Part shown: positions 14,841-21,270 of the stretch, in pieces
Layout: every line of letters begins with the position of its first letter
Position numbering within the stretch: the first letter of the stretch is position 1
Source: Thermofilum adornatum
Lineage (GTDB): Archaea; Thermoproteota; Thermoprotei; Thermofilales; Thermofilaceae
DNA length: 32,000 bases
Reading direction: 5' to 3'
NCBI RefSeq assembly: GCF_000446015.1
Contig: NC_022093.1
Location: forward strand, 420,001-452,000
Made by a program: the position numbers and the translations under genes
The notes under the pieces: model-generated
Databases searched by the model: none
Told to the model about the DNA's origin: nothing
What the model saw: only the letters and a program-made list of their open reading frames with translations

Positions 14841-16215
14841 ACTGTATAACCCGTGGTGGGTAGATGGCCTTTGGTACGAAAAAGATAAAGAGTTCTTGGA
14901 GTATAAACGTGAACCCTACAAAGTCATCAGCCGGATGTACCGTTATATCAGGGATACATTAAAGAGGAACCGAAACAAATACGGGATAGTAACGATTAGA
15001 GGTCCTAGGCGCGCGGGTAAAACTACAGTGATAAAATTACTTATATATTCTTTAATCAATGAGCTAAGAATCGATCCTCAAAGCATCTACTATATCTCAC
15101 TTGACTACCAGAGACTTGGGAATACTAGCCTTCTTGAAATATTAGAAACGCTGGCTAAGACCGAGGGAGATAAGTACATTTTCTTAGACGAAGTCTCCAT
15201 GTATGAAAATTGGTCACTGGTTCTAAAAAACATCTCAGATCAAGGATTACTTTCTCAAGGAAGACTAATAATAATAGCTACTGGAAGCCACTCAATGGAT
15301 CTGGCACAGGCAGCCGAAAAGCTTAGTAGCAGTAGACGAGGCGAACTAGCAACGGCATTTAACTTGGGAGGAAACTTGCTTTTTACTCCTTTACGTTTCT
15401 CAGAAGTAGCAGAGGGGTTAAGTAGCGAGTTGGATTCGTACCTAAGCAGTGGTAGAAAAAGAAAAGCAGGTATAAGATTCAATATTCTTGTTGATTTGAA
15501 AGAAGGAAAAATCAATGAAAATTTATGGGATCTCTACAACGGATTTGGTGCATCGCTTGAAGAGATGTTTGAGGCTTATTTAATCCATGGCGGTTATCCA
15601 AAAGCAGTCAAAGAGTTTTATGAGAATAAAAAGATCACGGAAAACTTCTATTACGAAATAGCCGAACTGCTTATCAATGATTCAAAAAAGGCAGGGTTAG
15701 ATCCACAGCTTCTTCGAAAGATTCTAACTGAGCTTGTGAATCCTAAAAAGCTATCCGGACCTTTTAACGTATCCGACCTTACAGAAATAGAAAGAAATTT
15801 AAAGGAAAAGCAAATCAGGGACCAATACTTACAATATCTAAAATCGACATGGGCATTTTTCTTCTCATATAGTGAAAGGAAAGACACACAGTGTCAGCCA
15901 AACTACAATGAAAACCCTAAACTATACATACTCGACCCATTCCTTTTCTACTCGCTATATGCATACCTAAACAACATACCCGATCCGCTGGAAAAGTCGA
16001 GAACACTCTTAAAAGATGAAAAATTCAAGGGGCTCTTCGTAGAAAGCGTGGTGGCTTCCCACCTCTTGCTAGCACAGCAACTCTTTGAACACTTGCCAGG
16101 AACAATAAACTACGACAGAGTACTAATGTATGGAAAAACACCCACATCAGAGTCCAAAGAAATTGACTTCATCTCATGCATCAGAAAAAAGAACAATTAT
16201 ACCGTTTCCAAATAG
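14800..16215 (+). CDS. AAA+ ATPase of the AAA_14/DUF4143 (COG1373-like) family; the reading frame is broken before the C-terminal ExK nuclease motif
   Basis: Features are the N-terminal LYNPWW signature, Walker A IRGPRRAGKTTVIKL, Walker B YIFLDEVS and the C-terminal KEIDFISC. The ORF stops at TAG 16213-16215, and the expected IE.KY strand continues in another frame (see 16212-16352). The TTG start overlaps the RHH gene by 41 nt. Confidence 0.8.
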   Translation: MSGTSVERLRQKLRLYNPWWVDGLWYEKDKEFLEYKREPYKVISRMYRYIRDTLKRNRNKYGIVTIRGPRRAGKTTVIKLLIYSLINELRIDPQSIYYISLDYQRLGNTSLLEILETLAKTEGDKYIFLDEVSMYENWSLVLKNISDQGLLSQGRLIIIATGSHSMDLAQAAEKLSSSRRGELATAFNLGGNLLFTPLRFSEVAEGLSSELDSYLSSGRKRKAGIRFNILVDLKEGKINENLWDLYNGFGASLEEMFEAYLIHGGYPKAVKEFYENKKITENFYYEIAELLINDSKKAGLDPQLLRKILTELVNPKKLSGPFNVSDLTEIERNLKEKQIRDQYLQYLKSTWAFFFSYSERKDTQCQPNYNENPKLYILDPFLFYSLYAYLNNIPDPLEKSRTLLKDEKFKGLFVESVVASHLLLAQQLFEHLPGTINYDRVLMYGKTPTSESKEIDFISCIRKKNNYTVSK

Positions 16216-16352
16216 AATGCAAATATCGCAAATACCTGAATAGGAAAACAATATCCCCAAACACCATAGTACTCACCAGAGACATTTTAGACTCCGACCC
16301 AGAGAGACACATATCCTACGTGCCAGTACCACTTTTTCTTTTACTCTTGTAA
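16212..16352 (+). pseudogene. Displaced C-terminal segment of the AAA_14/DUF4143 ATPase (-1 frame)
   Basis: The frame starting at 16212 reads IECKYRKYLNRKTISPNTIVLTRDILDSDPERHISYVPVPLFLLLL* (stop 16350-16352). EIDF...IECKY would complete a D...ExK restriction-endonuclease-like motif. This frame is open from 16167, and an A6 run at 16185-16190 is a plausible slip site. Confidence 0.6.
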
Positions 16353-16364
16353 CAACACAATATT

Positions 16365-16437
16365 GGTACCGATACAGTACCATTTAAGTACTAATAGAAG
16401 TTAGAAACATAGTACCATTTAGTACTAGTAAGGTACC
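16365..16437. repeat. Right cluster of RGTACY iterons (two triplets)
   Basis: GGTACC at 16365, AGTACC at 16376 and AGTACT at 16387; then AGTACC at 16411, AGTACT at 16421 and GGTACC at 16432. Spacing within triplets is 10-11 bp. Extra copies lie at 16268 and 16325. TTGGTACCGATACAGTACC (16363-16381) matches TTGGTACCGTTATAGTACC (14532-14550) at 17 of 19 positions. Confidence 0.7.
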
Positions 16438-16475
16438 TATAACAGACTTCTCTTTATCAAAGAAAGCTTTGAACC

Positions 16476-16646
16476 CTATCTCGATTTTTCCACAATCTCT
16501 GGGAACTCTTCTAGGTAAAGTTCAAGCGCCTCTTTCAGGTTTTGGATGGCCTCCTCGATTGTTCTCCCTTGTGTCGTTACGCCTGTAGTGACCTCCTTGA
16601 TTATGTACATGTCTTCTTCTTTCCACAGGACGGCTTGCAACTCCAT
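16476..16646 (-). CDS. hicB: HicB-like (UPF0150) antitoxin-family protein
   Basis: MELQAVLWKEEDMYIIKEVTTGVTTQGRTIEEAIQNLKEALELYLEEFPE fits the HicB N-domain pattern (..tqG.T.eEA..n.kEAlelyle). The ORF track extends it 58 codons upstream into a HicA-like remnant. Confidence 0.7.
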   Translation of the reverse strand: MELQAVLWKEEDMYIIKEVTTGVTTQGRTIEEAIQNLKEALELYLEEFPEIVEKSR

Positions 16647-16852
16647 GGTTGCCCCTAAAATAAAACTGATCGCCATTTTAAGTCCTATCGGCAAGGCAAG
16701 CCACAAAATTTCATCGTGAAGAGTCGGGCTTTGCCCAAATATTCTGGTGCTAGCAGTATGAGCCTCGGTGCCTTGGTTGGAAGAGGATTCTCCTTGGAGA
16801 GCTACCTTGCAAACCTTCAAGGCAAGAATTAATAACGAAATTATTCTTAATA

Positions 16853-16929
16853 ATAACTTTGTTATTTTTGTTTTTCTCTGTTCAAAATAATATGCATAAC
16901 ATTGTTATGCTTAGAAATAACATTGTTAT
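16853..16929. promoter_or_regulatory. Three copies of the palindrome ATAAC-N3-GTTAT (putative operator array)
   Basis: ATAACTTTGTTAT at 16853-16865, ATAACATTGTTAT at 16896-16908 (extended GCATAAC-ATT-GTTATGC, 16894-16910) and ATAACATTGTTAT at 16917-16929. They lie upstream of the hicA-remnant/hicB unit and downstream of tRNA-Asp. Confidence 0.5.
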
Positions 16930-17005
16930 ATTCAAATTTTTCCACATATCCACAACCTAAACGGTAGCAGGAATTTATTTCCAGCGATGAGCTAAAAGAG
17001 GGGCG

Positions 17006-17097
17006 TGGCGCCCCGGCCGGGATTCGAACCCGGGTTCTGCGGCTCGACAGGCCGCCATTCCAGGGTTAGCCTTCCTGGGCCACTAGACGACCGGGGC
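17006..17097 (-). tRNA. tRNA-Asp (anticodon GUC) with a non-canonical 15-nt intron (17058-17072) in the D-arm
   Basis: Mature model: GCCCCGG-TC-GTCT-AGTGGCCCA-GGAT-G-GCGGC-CTGTCGA-GCCGC-AGAAC-CCGGG-TTCGAAT-CCCGG-CCGGGGC-G-CCA, with U8, A14, G18G19 and A21 preserved. The intron lies between positions 24 and 25. It is flanked by a 4-bp helix CCAG/CTGG and bulges GA|A and AA|T; the outer and inner helices are short (1-2 bp). The anticodon arm is unambiguous. Confidence 0.85.
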
Positions 17098-17187
17098 TAC
17101 GAATAGTTGTTGTTTGCGGTTATTTATTCTGGGGACTGCTTAAAAATGTTTTGCTGTGTGGGGCTAGGAGTGTGAGAAGGAGGTGGG

Positions 17188-17264
17188 TGGTGGGCCCGCC
17201 GGGATTCGAACCCGGGACCCCCCGGTTATCAGCCGGATGCTCCACCAGGCTGAGCCACGGGCCC
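17188..17264 (-). tRNA. tRNA-Ile (anticodon GAU), intron-less, CCA encoded
   Basis: GGGCCCG-TG-GCTC-AGCCTGGTG-GAGC-A-TCCGG-CTGATAA-CCGGG-GGGTC-CCGGG-TTCGAAT-CCCGG-CGGGCCC-A-CCA is a perfect cloverleaf. Confidence 0.95.
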
Positions 17265-17292
17265 TAAGGTCGTTTTTTAGTAGGGGTTGTCT

Positions 17293-17310
17293 GGTAATAA
17301 ATTTTTCTTT
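17293..17310 (-). promoter_or_regulatory. Putative BRE/TATA promoter of tRNA-Ile
   Basis: The same 18-mer as at 12101-12118 (minus strand AAAGAAAAATTTATTACC) lies 29-46 nt upstream of the tRNA 5' end. Confidence 0.5.
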
Positions 17311-17444
17311 GCATGTGCATAGTTTTTCTGCTGGCTTTTGATGATGAGTTTGCACTGGATGTGTTTGGGCATTTTCTTATAGGAAACATGTGGCAGTCTG
17401 TGAGATATGGTCTTGGGGAGGATGTAGCAGTATTCCTGTTCTTA

Positions 17445-18773
17445 TTAGAGTAGCAGGTGTCTAATTAGGTCTATTTTGCTACGGTTGTAGAGGTATGAGA
17501 GGGGTATGATTTTTATTTCGTTGTGGGCTTTTCCTTCTGCTTCTTTTAGTCGATCATCTTTAACTATAAGTATCTTTTTCTCAGCATTCACGTTTTGGAG
17601 TCTGTAGAGTGCTTCTAGGATGCTTCCCTCTATTACTATTTCGAAGGCGAATTTTAGAAGGCCCTTGTCTAGCCAGGCAACATCTATTCTGGTGTTCCCA
17701 AGATTGTATTCGATGATGCTTTGAAGTTCTAGTTCTCTGCCCAAATTAGCAAGGAGTTCTTGAACTTCTTGATGAAGATTCGTTCCTTGTTTGTTATTTG
17801 GCTTTGTGCTTGATAATCTGAATAAGCCGCTTTTTAACAAAAACTCTTTGTCTATGCCTTTTACAGTCCTTAGAAGTAATTTTTCAAGTTCGTTGTCTAG
17901 TGTAATCTTATCTTCAAAGCTTATCTGGTACTTTTTAATCTCTTCGTAGCTTGCCATGGAACTCCATATTGATTCGCATGGGTTTAGAAATATGTGTATA
18001 CTGTACCATCTTGGGGTTATTCCGGCCCACAAAGCACCAGATTCTTCTGTTGCAGAAATGAACACTTCGAGGATTAGTTCACTGTCTCTAACGATGTCTT
18101 GTGGTACTATTACAACTCTTTTGTCAACATATTTTAGTGTTTTGCCAATTCTCTCAAGCCGTATAAGTGTGTCGCCTTTTTTTAGGAAGTAATAGTTTAC
18201 TATACGCTGGTAGGAAAGAAGTATCGAAAGAAAAATATTTTTCTCGGGTATTATTAATTTGTCTGAAAACTCGTTTTCTAGGTCATCCAGGATTTTTCTA
18301 AATCTTTCTGGATCTTTTACTAGGACTTCTTTTGGATTGTCTCTATCAAAGACAAATATACCTTTCGCAATCAAATTACTAATGAAGTCATAGAAATCCA
18401 AAAAGTATGAATTGATAGTTCCGGCACTTTTGCATCGAATTTCTAGAGAATTGAATTTATGTACAAGGGGAATGTCTGTTTGTTCAATTGCTATAGTTAC
18501 CGACTTATCTCTAATCGTGAAATAGGCCCTATAAGTAGTTGGCAGATTGGGCCTAGGTGATTTAATCTCGCTAAGGCTTGGTGTTAAGCCTAATTGTTTT
18601 GCCACCTCTAAAATTGTATCTTTGCTGAAGGAAATTTTGTTTCCTATTAGAGAAGCCTTCAGCATTTTTACAGCGACTTTTATGTCTTCGCCGAGTAGCG
18701 GTAGCGAAGTTCGTTTAAGCAATTCTTGAAGAATCACCTCTTTATATGAATCTGTTTCGTTAGACTGCGTCAT
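17445..18773 (-). CDS. Orphan 442-aa protein with a C-terminal restriction-endonuclease-like (PD-(D/E)xK-type) region
   Basis: This long AT-rich ORF has its start taken at MTQSNETDSY (ATG 18771-18773), with TTTTTAAGAG about 25-35 nt upstream. The C-terminus HQEVQELLANLGRELELQSIIEYNLGNTRIDVAWLD...FAFEIVIEGSILEALYRL resembles the E...D-V-x-W...F-E-h core of nuclease-fold domains, but the usual Lys is not evident. No NTP-binding motif is seen. Confidence 0.7.
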   Translation of the reverse strand: MTQSNETDSYKEVILQELLKRTSLPLLGEDIKVAVKMLKASLIGNKISFSKDTILEVAKQLGLTPSLSEIKSPRPNLPTTYRAYFTIRDKSVTIAIEQTDIPLVHKFNSLEIRCKSAGTINSYFLDFYDFISNLIAKGIFVFDRDNPKEVLVKDPERFRKILDDLENEFSDKLIIPEKNIFLSILLSYQRIVNYYFLKKGDTLIRLERIGKTLKYVDKRVVIVPQDIVRDSELILEVFISATEESGALWAGITPRWYSIHIFLNPCESIWSSMASYEEIKKYQISFEDKITLDNELEKLLLRTVKGIDKEFLLKSGLFRLSSTKPNNKQGTNLHQEVQELLANLGRELELQSIIEYNLGNTRIDVAWLDKGLLKFAFEIVIEGSILEALYRLQNVNAEKKILIVKDDRLKEAEGKAHNEIKIIPLSYLYNRSKIDLIRHLLL

Positions 18774-18997
18774 TTTGGCATCTAATGTATATTCTCTTAA
18801 AAACAAGAATAAATAAATTTGTAAGTCACCCTGCATGCTGTTTTTCTTCACGCCAAAGAAAGGAAGAACACCAATAGTGGCTTTTTAGTTAGTCATGAAA
18901 CATGTTTTAGTTTTTCTCCTAATAATCACCATTTATGGGCAATTTTTGTCCGCTTTTTCGTTTAGATTTTAAACCCCCGTGTGTTTATTTTAGGGTT

Positions 18998-19204
18998 ATG
19001 AGGCTGGAGATTGGTAGGTATATTGTTATTGATGACGAGGTTTGTCATGGTAAGCCTGTGTTTAAGGGAACCAGGGTTCTGGTTAGTGATGTTGTTGAGC
19101 TTCTTGGGGCCGGCGTGTCTATAGAGGAGATTGTTAGGGACTATTATCCCAGCCTGAATGAGGAGATGATAAGGGAGGCGTTACGTTATTTTGCATCGTG
19201 TTAA
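18998..19204 (+). CDS. DUF433 family protein (antitoxin-like)
   Basis: MRLEIGRYIVIDDEVCHGKPVFKGTRVLVSDVVELLGAGVSIEEIVRDYYPSLNEEMIREALRYF matches the DUF433 signature (I..DP.vc.GkP.ikGTRi.V..vl..l..G.s.eEi...YP.L..e.i..al.Y). The start is taken at ATG 18998. Confidence 0.8.
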   Translation: MRLEIGRYIVIDDEVCHGKPVFKGTRVLVSDVVELLGAGVSIEEIVRDYYPSLNEEMIREALRYFASC

Positions 19205-19306
19205 GGATGGCAGGGGATACAGCGGTCAAGCTTGTAATAGGCTGTGTGTTTTAGGCTTAAGGGATCGTCTCTTCTAGTTGTCGGCTTCATGGAGTTCTCG
19301 TTGGGT

Positions 19307-20254
19307 TTATGTTATGCTTTTTTGGCATGTGGCGTGTGACCATATGTCTTTTAAGAGGTTTTCTGTTGTGTTCTTTAGATCGTCATCGCTTTTTCCGCCT
19401 TTGATTATCTCTTTGAATTCGAGCCTTGATATGTCTGCGTTTAGGGGTAGTACGTAGTTAGAGAAATTGATAACCTTTCTAAGTCCTTCAATTGATTTTT
19501 CTAGGTTTTTGCGTCTCTCATCACTGGGATGTTTGAGTGGGTTATAGCCTCTGGCTGGTTTTACGCCTACGAAGTTTAGGTTTAAAAGTGCATCTGCTTC
19601 TATTGTTCCTGACTTAGCTAGATTAATGACTCCGAGAAACCTTGCCATATAGTCTGGGGTCGACAGCCCAAAATCTTTTGCGTATTTCATGAGTCTTCTC
19701 AGCATTCTGGCTGTTCTCCTGGAATCTACTATGGATGGTCTTAGGACGACTACGTATCGTGTAGCAGCATATATGCTTAAAACCGTGTAGCGTACATCGA
19801 AGAATGGGGCACTATCAATAATTATAAAGTCGTACAAGTTATATGCTCCGCTTTTCTCTAGGAGTTCTCGAAACTCGGGGCCTGGACGCCCGGTATTCCA
19901 GAGTTCCTCCACAATTTGTTCTAAGTCTTCTCCTGGAGGTAGAATGTTAAGCTCTACACCTCCATGTTTTACCGGCGTGACGTAGTCACTAATTTTTCTC
20001 GTAATCAAGCCTTTGTTGTAATCTCTGTAAAGGTTAACCAGGGTGGACCCTTTTGTAAGACTGTCGTCATATTTATCTTCGTCCATCAAAGAAAGGCTTA
20101 GCCCAGCTGTGGGATCTAGGTCTAGTATTAGCAGTTTTAGTGGCGAGACAAGTCTCTTCTCGACGAGCCACTTTGCCAGGAATATTGCTAGTGTTGTTTT
20201 TCCAACGCCGCCAGACGCAGATACAAAAGATACAACCTTACATGTTGATGACAT
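19307..20254 (-). CDS. ParA/MinD-superfamily P-loop ATPase with an atypical Walker A and a C-terminal extension
   Basis: Walker A is VSFVSASGGVGKTTLA, with Ser where the ParA/MinD signature Lys of KGGxGKT normally sits. LILDLDPTAGLS is the A' motif and FIIIDSAP is Walker B. The protein is 315 aa, with about 80 extra C-terminal residues. Confidence 0.8.
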   Translation of the reverse strand: MSSTCKVVSFVSASGGVGKTTLAIFLAKWLVEKRLVSPLKLLILDLDPTAGLSLSLMDEDKYDDSLTKGSTLVNLYRDYNKGLITRKISDYVTPVKHGGVELNILPPGEDLEQIVEELWNTGRPGPEFRELLEKSGAYNLYDFIIIDSAPFFDVRYTVLSIYAATRYVVVLRPSIVDSRRTARMLRRLMKYAKDFGLSTPDYMARFLGVINLAKSGTIEADALLNLNFVGVKPARGYNPLKHPSDERRKNLEKSIEGLRKVINFSNYVLPLNADISRLEFKEIIKGGKSDDDLKNTTENLLKDIWSHATCQKSIT

Positions 20255-20627
20255 GTAAACCGCTCACCTCTGAATATACGCATGCCTTGAGATTGGTTGC
20301 AGTGCAAAGCTTCCTTAAATTTTCCATGTATTCTTCACTAATTGTCTTTACTACGTGGAAGACACATACATCTTTGAATCCTGCTATGTGTACAAGTGCT
20401 AGCGCTTGGCCAAAGCCACTGTAGAACCTTGAAGGATACAGCTTTACTTCGCAGGCTTCTGTGTCTATCGACAAATCTGCTTCTACACCGTTGATTACTG
20501 TGTGGGCTCTTGCTCCTAAATGATTTGCCAGGAGCTCGCAGAATTCACGTTCATTCTTGGATGTTTCAACTATTTCTCGGAGCTTTCCTATGGAATCTAA
20601 ACTTAAAATGCCCTGGAGCAGACGCAT
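20238..20627 (-). CDS. Small (129 aa) PD-(D/E)xK nuclease-fold-like protein, translationally coupled to the ParA-like gene
   Basis: NEREFCELLANHLG (helix with Glu), then GVEADLSID (Asp strand), then EACEVKLY (ExK), then GFGQALALV. This order is typical of the restriction-endonuclease fold. Its stop (20238-20240) overlaps the ParA-like start (20252-20254) by 17 nt. Confidence 0.6.
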   Translation of the reverse strand: MRLLQGILSLDSIGKLREIVETSKNEREFCELLANHLGARAHTVINGVEADLSIDTEACEVKLYPSRFYSGFGQALALVHIAGFKDVCVFHVVKTISEEYMENLRKLCTATNLKACVYSEVSGLHVINM

Positions 20628-20778
20628 GTCCCTCTATTAAGAAGTTTGTATTATCAAATATTAAGCTTTATCGCTTTGTTAGATAAAAAATCTAAATTGC
20701 GATGAATTACAGCTTTTTGTTCTTTTCTTGTTCAAAGTTAGAAAAAGGCTTCCTCATAGTTTAGGATTTTTCTTTCAC

Positions 20779-21270
20779 TTAATATGACTGGCTCTTGATT
20801 AGCTGTATTACTTGTTGTGGTGTTTGGTTTGGGTGTGTGATTATGAGTTGTATGTGGGTGTCTGGGTTTTTTAGGTGGTTTTTGATGTGTTGTGGTAGGT
20901 CGTTTGCGGCTTTTTGGGACTGTGTCGCGATTGTGCGTGGGTCGATGTAGGTGCTTTTTCTTATTACTATGGAGGCTGGGTGTGTGGGGTTTAGGTTTGG
21001 GTTTCCGTGGGCGTAGAAGTGGTCGTATGTGTCGTGTTGTGGTAGGTAGATTATGATTAGTATTGGGGCTGGGGTCTTGATTAGGTTTAGGGTTTGTGGT
21101 GAGAGGTCTTTTGCGGCTTTGTCTGCTTTTACTCCGATGATGCAGTCTCCGCGTGGTGTGAGTTCTGGGTCTCTGGTTATCTCCATTGTGGTTTTGTGGG
21201 TTGCGCGTATGTTTGGGTGTCCCTTGGCGTTGATTATCTCTATGGGTGTGCCGTCTAGAAGCCGAACCAT
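20779..21270 (-). CDS. DUF371-like protein with a highly AC-biased coding strand
   Basis: MVRLLDGTPIEIINAKGHPNIRATHKTTMEITRDPELTPRGDCIIGVKADKAA fits my recollection of the archaeal DUF371 core (GHpN.rAtHktT.E.T.d..lt.rGDCIigv.Ad). The start is taken at ATG 21268-21270. The ORF-track 72-codon N-terminal extension overlaps fen and is basic, low-complexity sequence. Confidence 0.65.
   Translation of the reverse strand: MVRLLDGTPIEIINAKGHPNIRATHKTTMEITRDPELTPRGDCIIGVKADKAAKDLSPQTLNLIKTPAPILIIIYLPQHDTYDHFYAHGNPNLNPTHPASIVIRKSTYIDPRTIATQSQKAANDLPQHIKNHLKNPDTHIQLIITHPNQTPQQVIQLIKSQSY

Larger units (their letters stand above)
12900..20778. other. Low-GC accessory island (probable horizontally acquired or mosaic region) enclosing tRNA-Asp and tRNA-Ile
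   Basis: GC in 60-nt lines I counted is 30% at 13261-13320 and 35% at 15001-15060. Neighbouring core genes look roughly GC-balanced by eye (not counted). Gene content is TA-like modules, ATPases, nuclease-like proteins and orphans. No integrase or flanking direct repeat was found, so the boundaries are approximate. Confidence 0.6.

Noticed and set aside
17164-17355. ORF 17164..17355 (63 aa), which overlaps tRNA-Ile. ORFs 7972..8220 and 5462..5668 are similar cases.
   Set aside because: They overlap a perfect tRNA, the L40e gene and the tbp promoter/5' region respectively, and have no coding features.
17338-17420. The C-box-like GATGATGA at 17339-17346 upstream of tRNA-Ile, considered as a C/D sRNA candidate.
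   Set aside because: No CTGA D box lies within 80 nt downstream (only CTGTGA), and there is no C'/D' pair.
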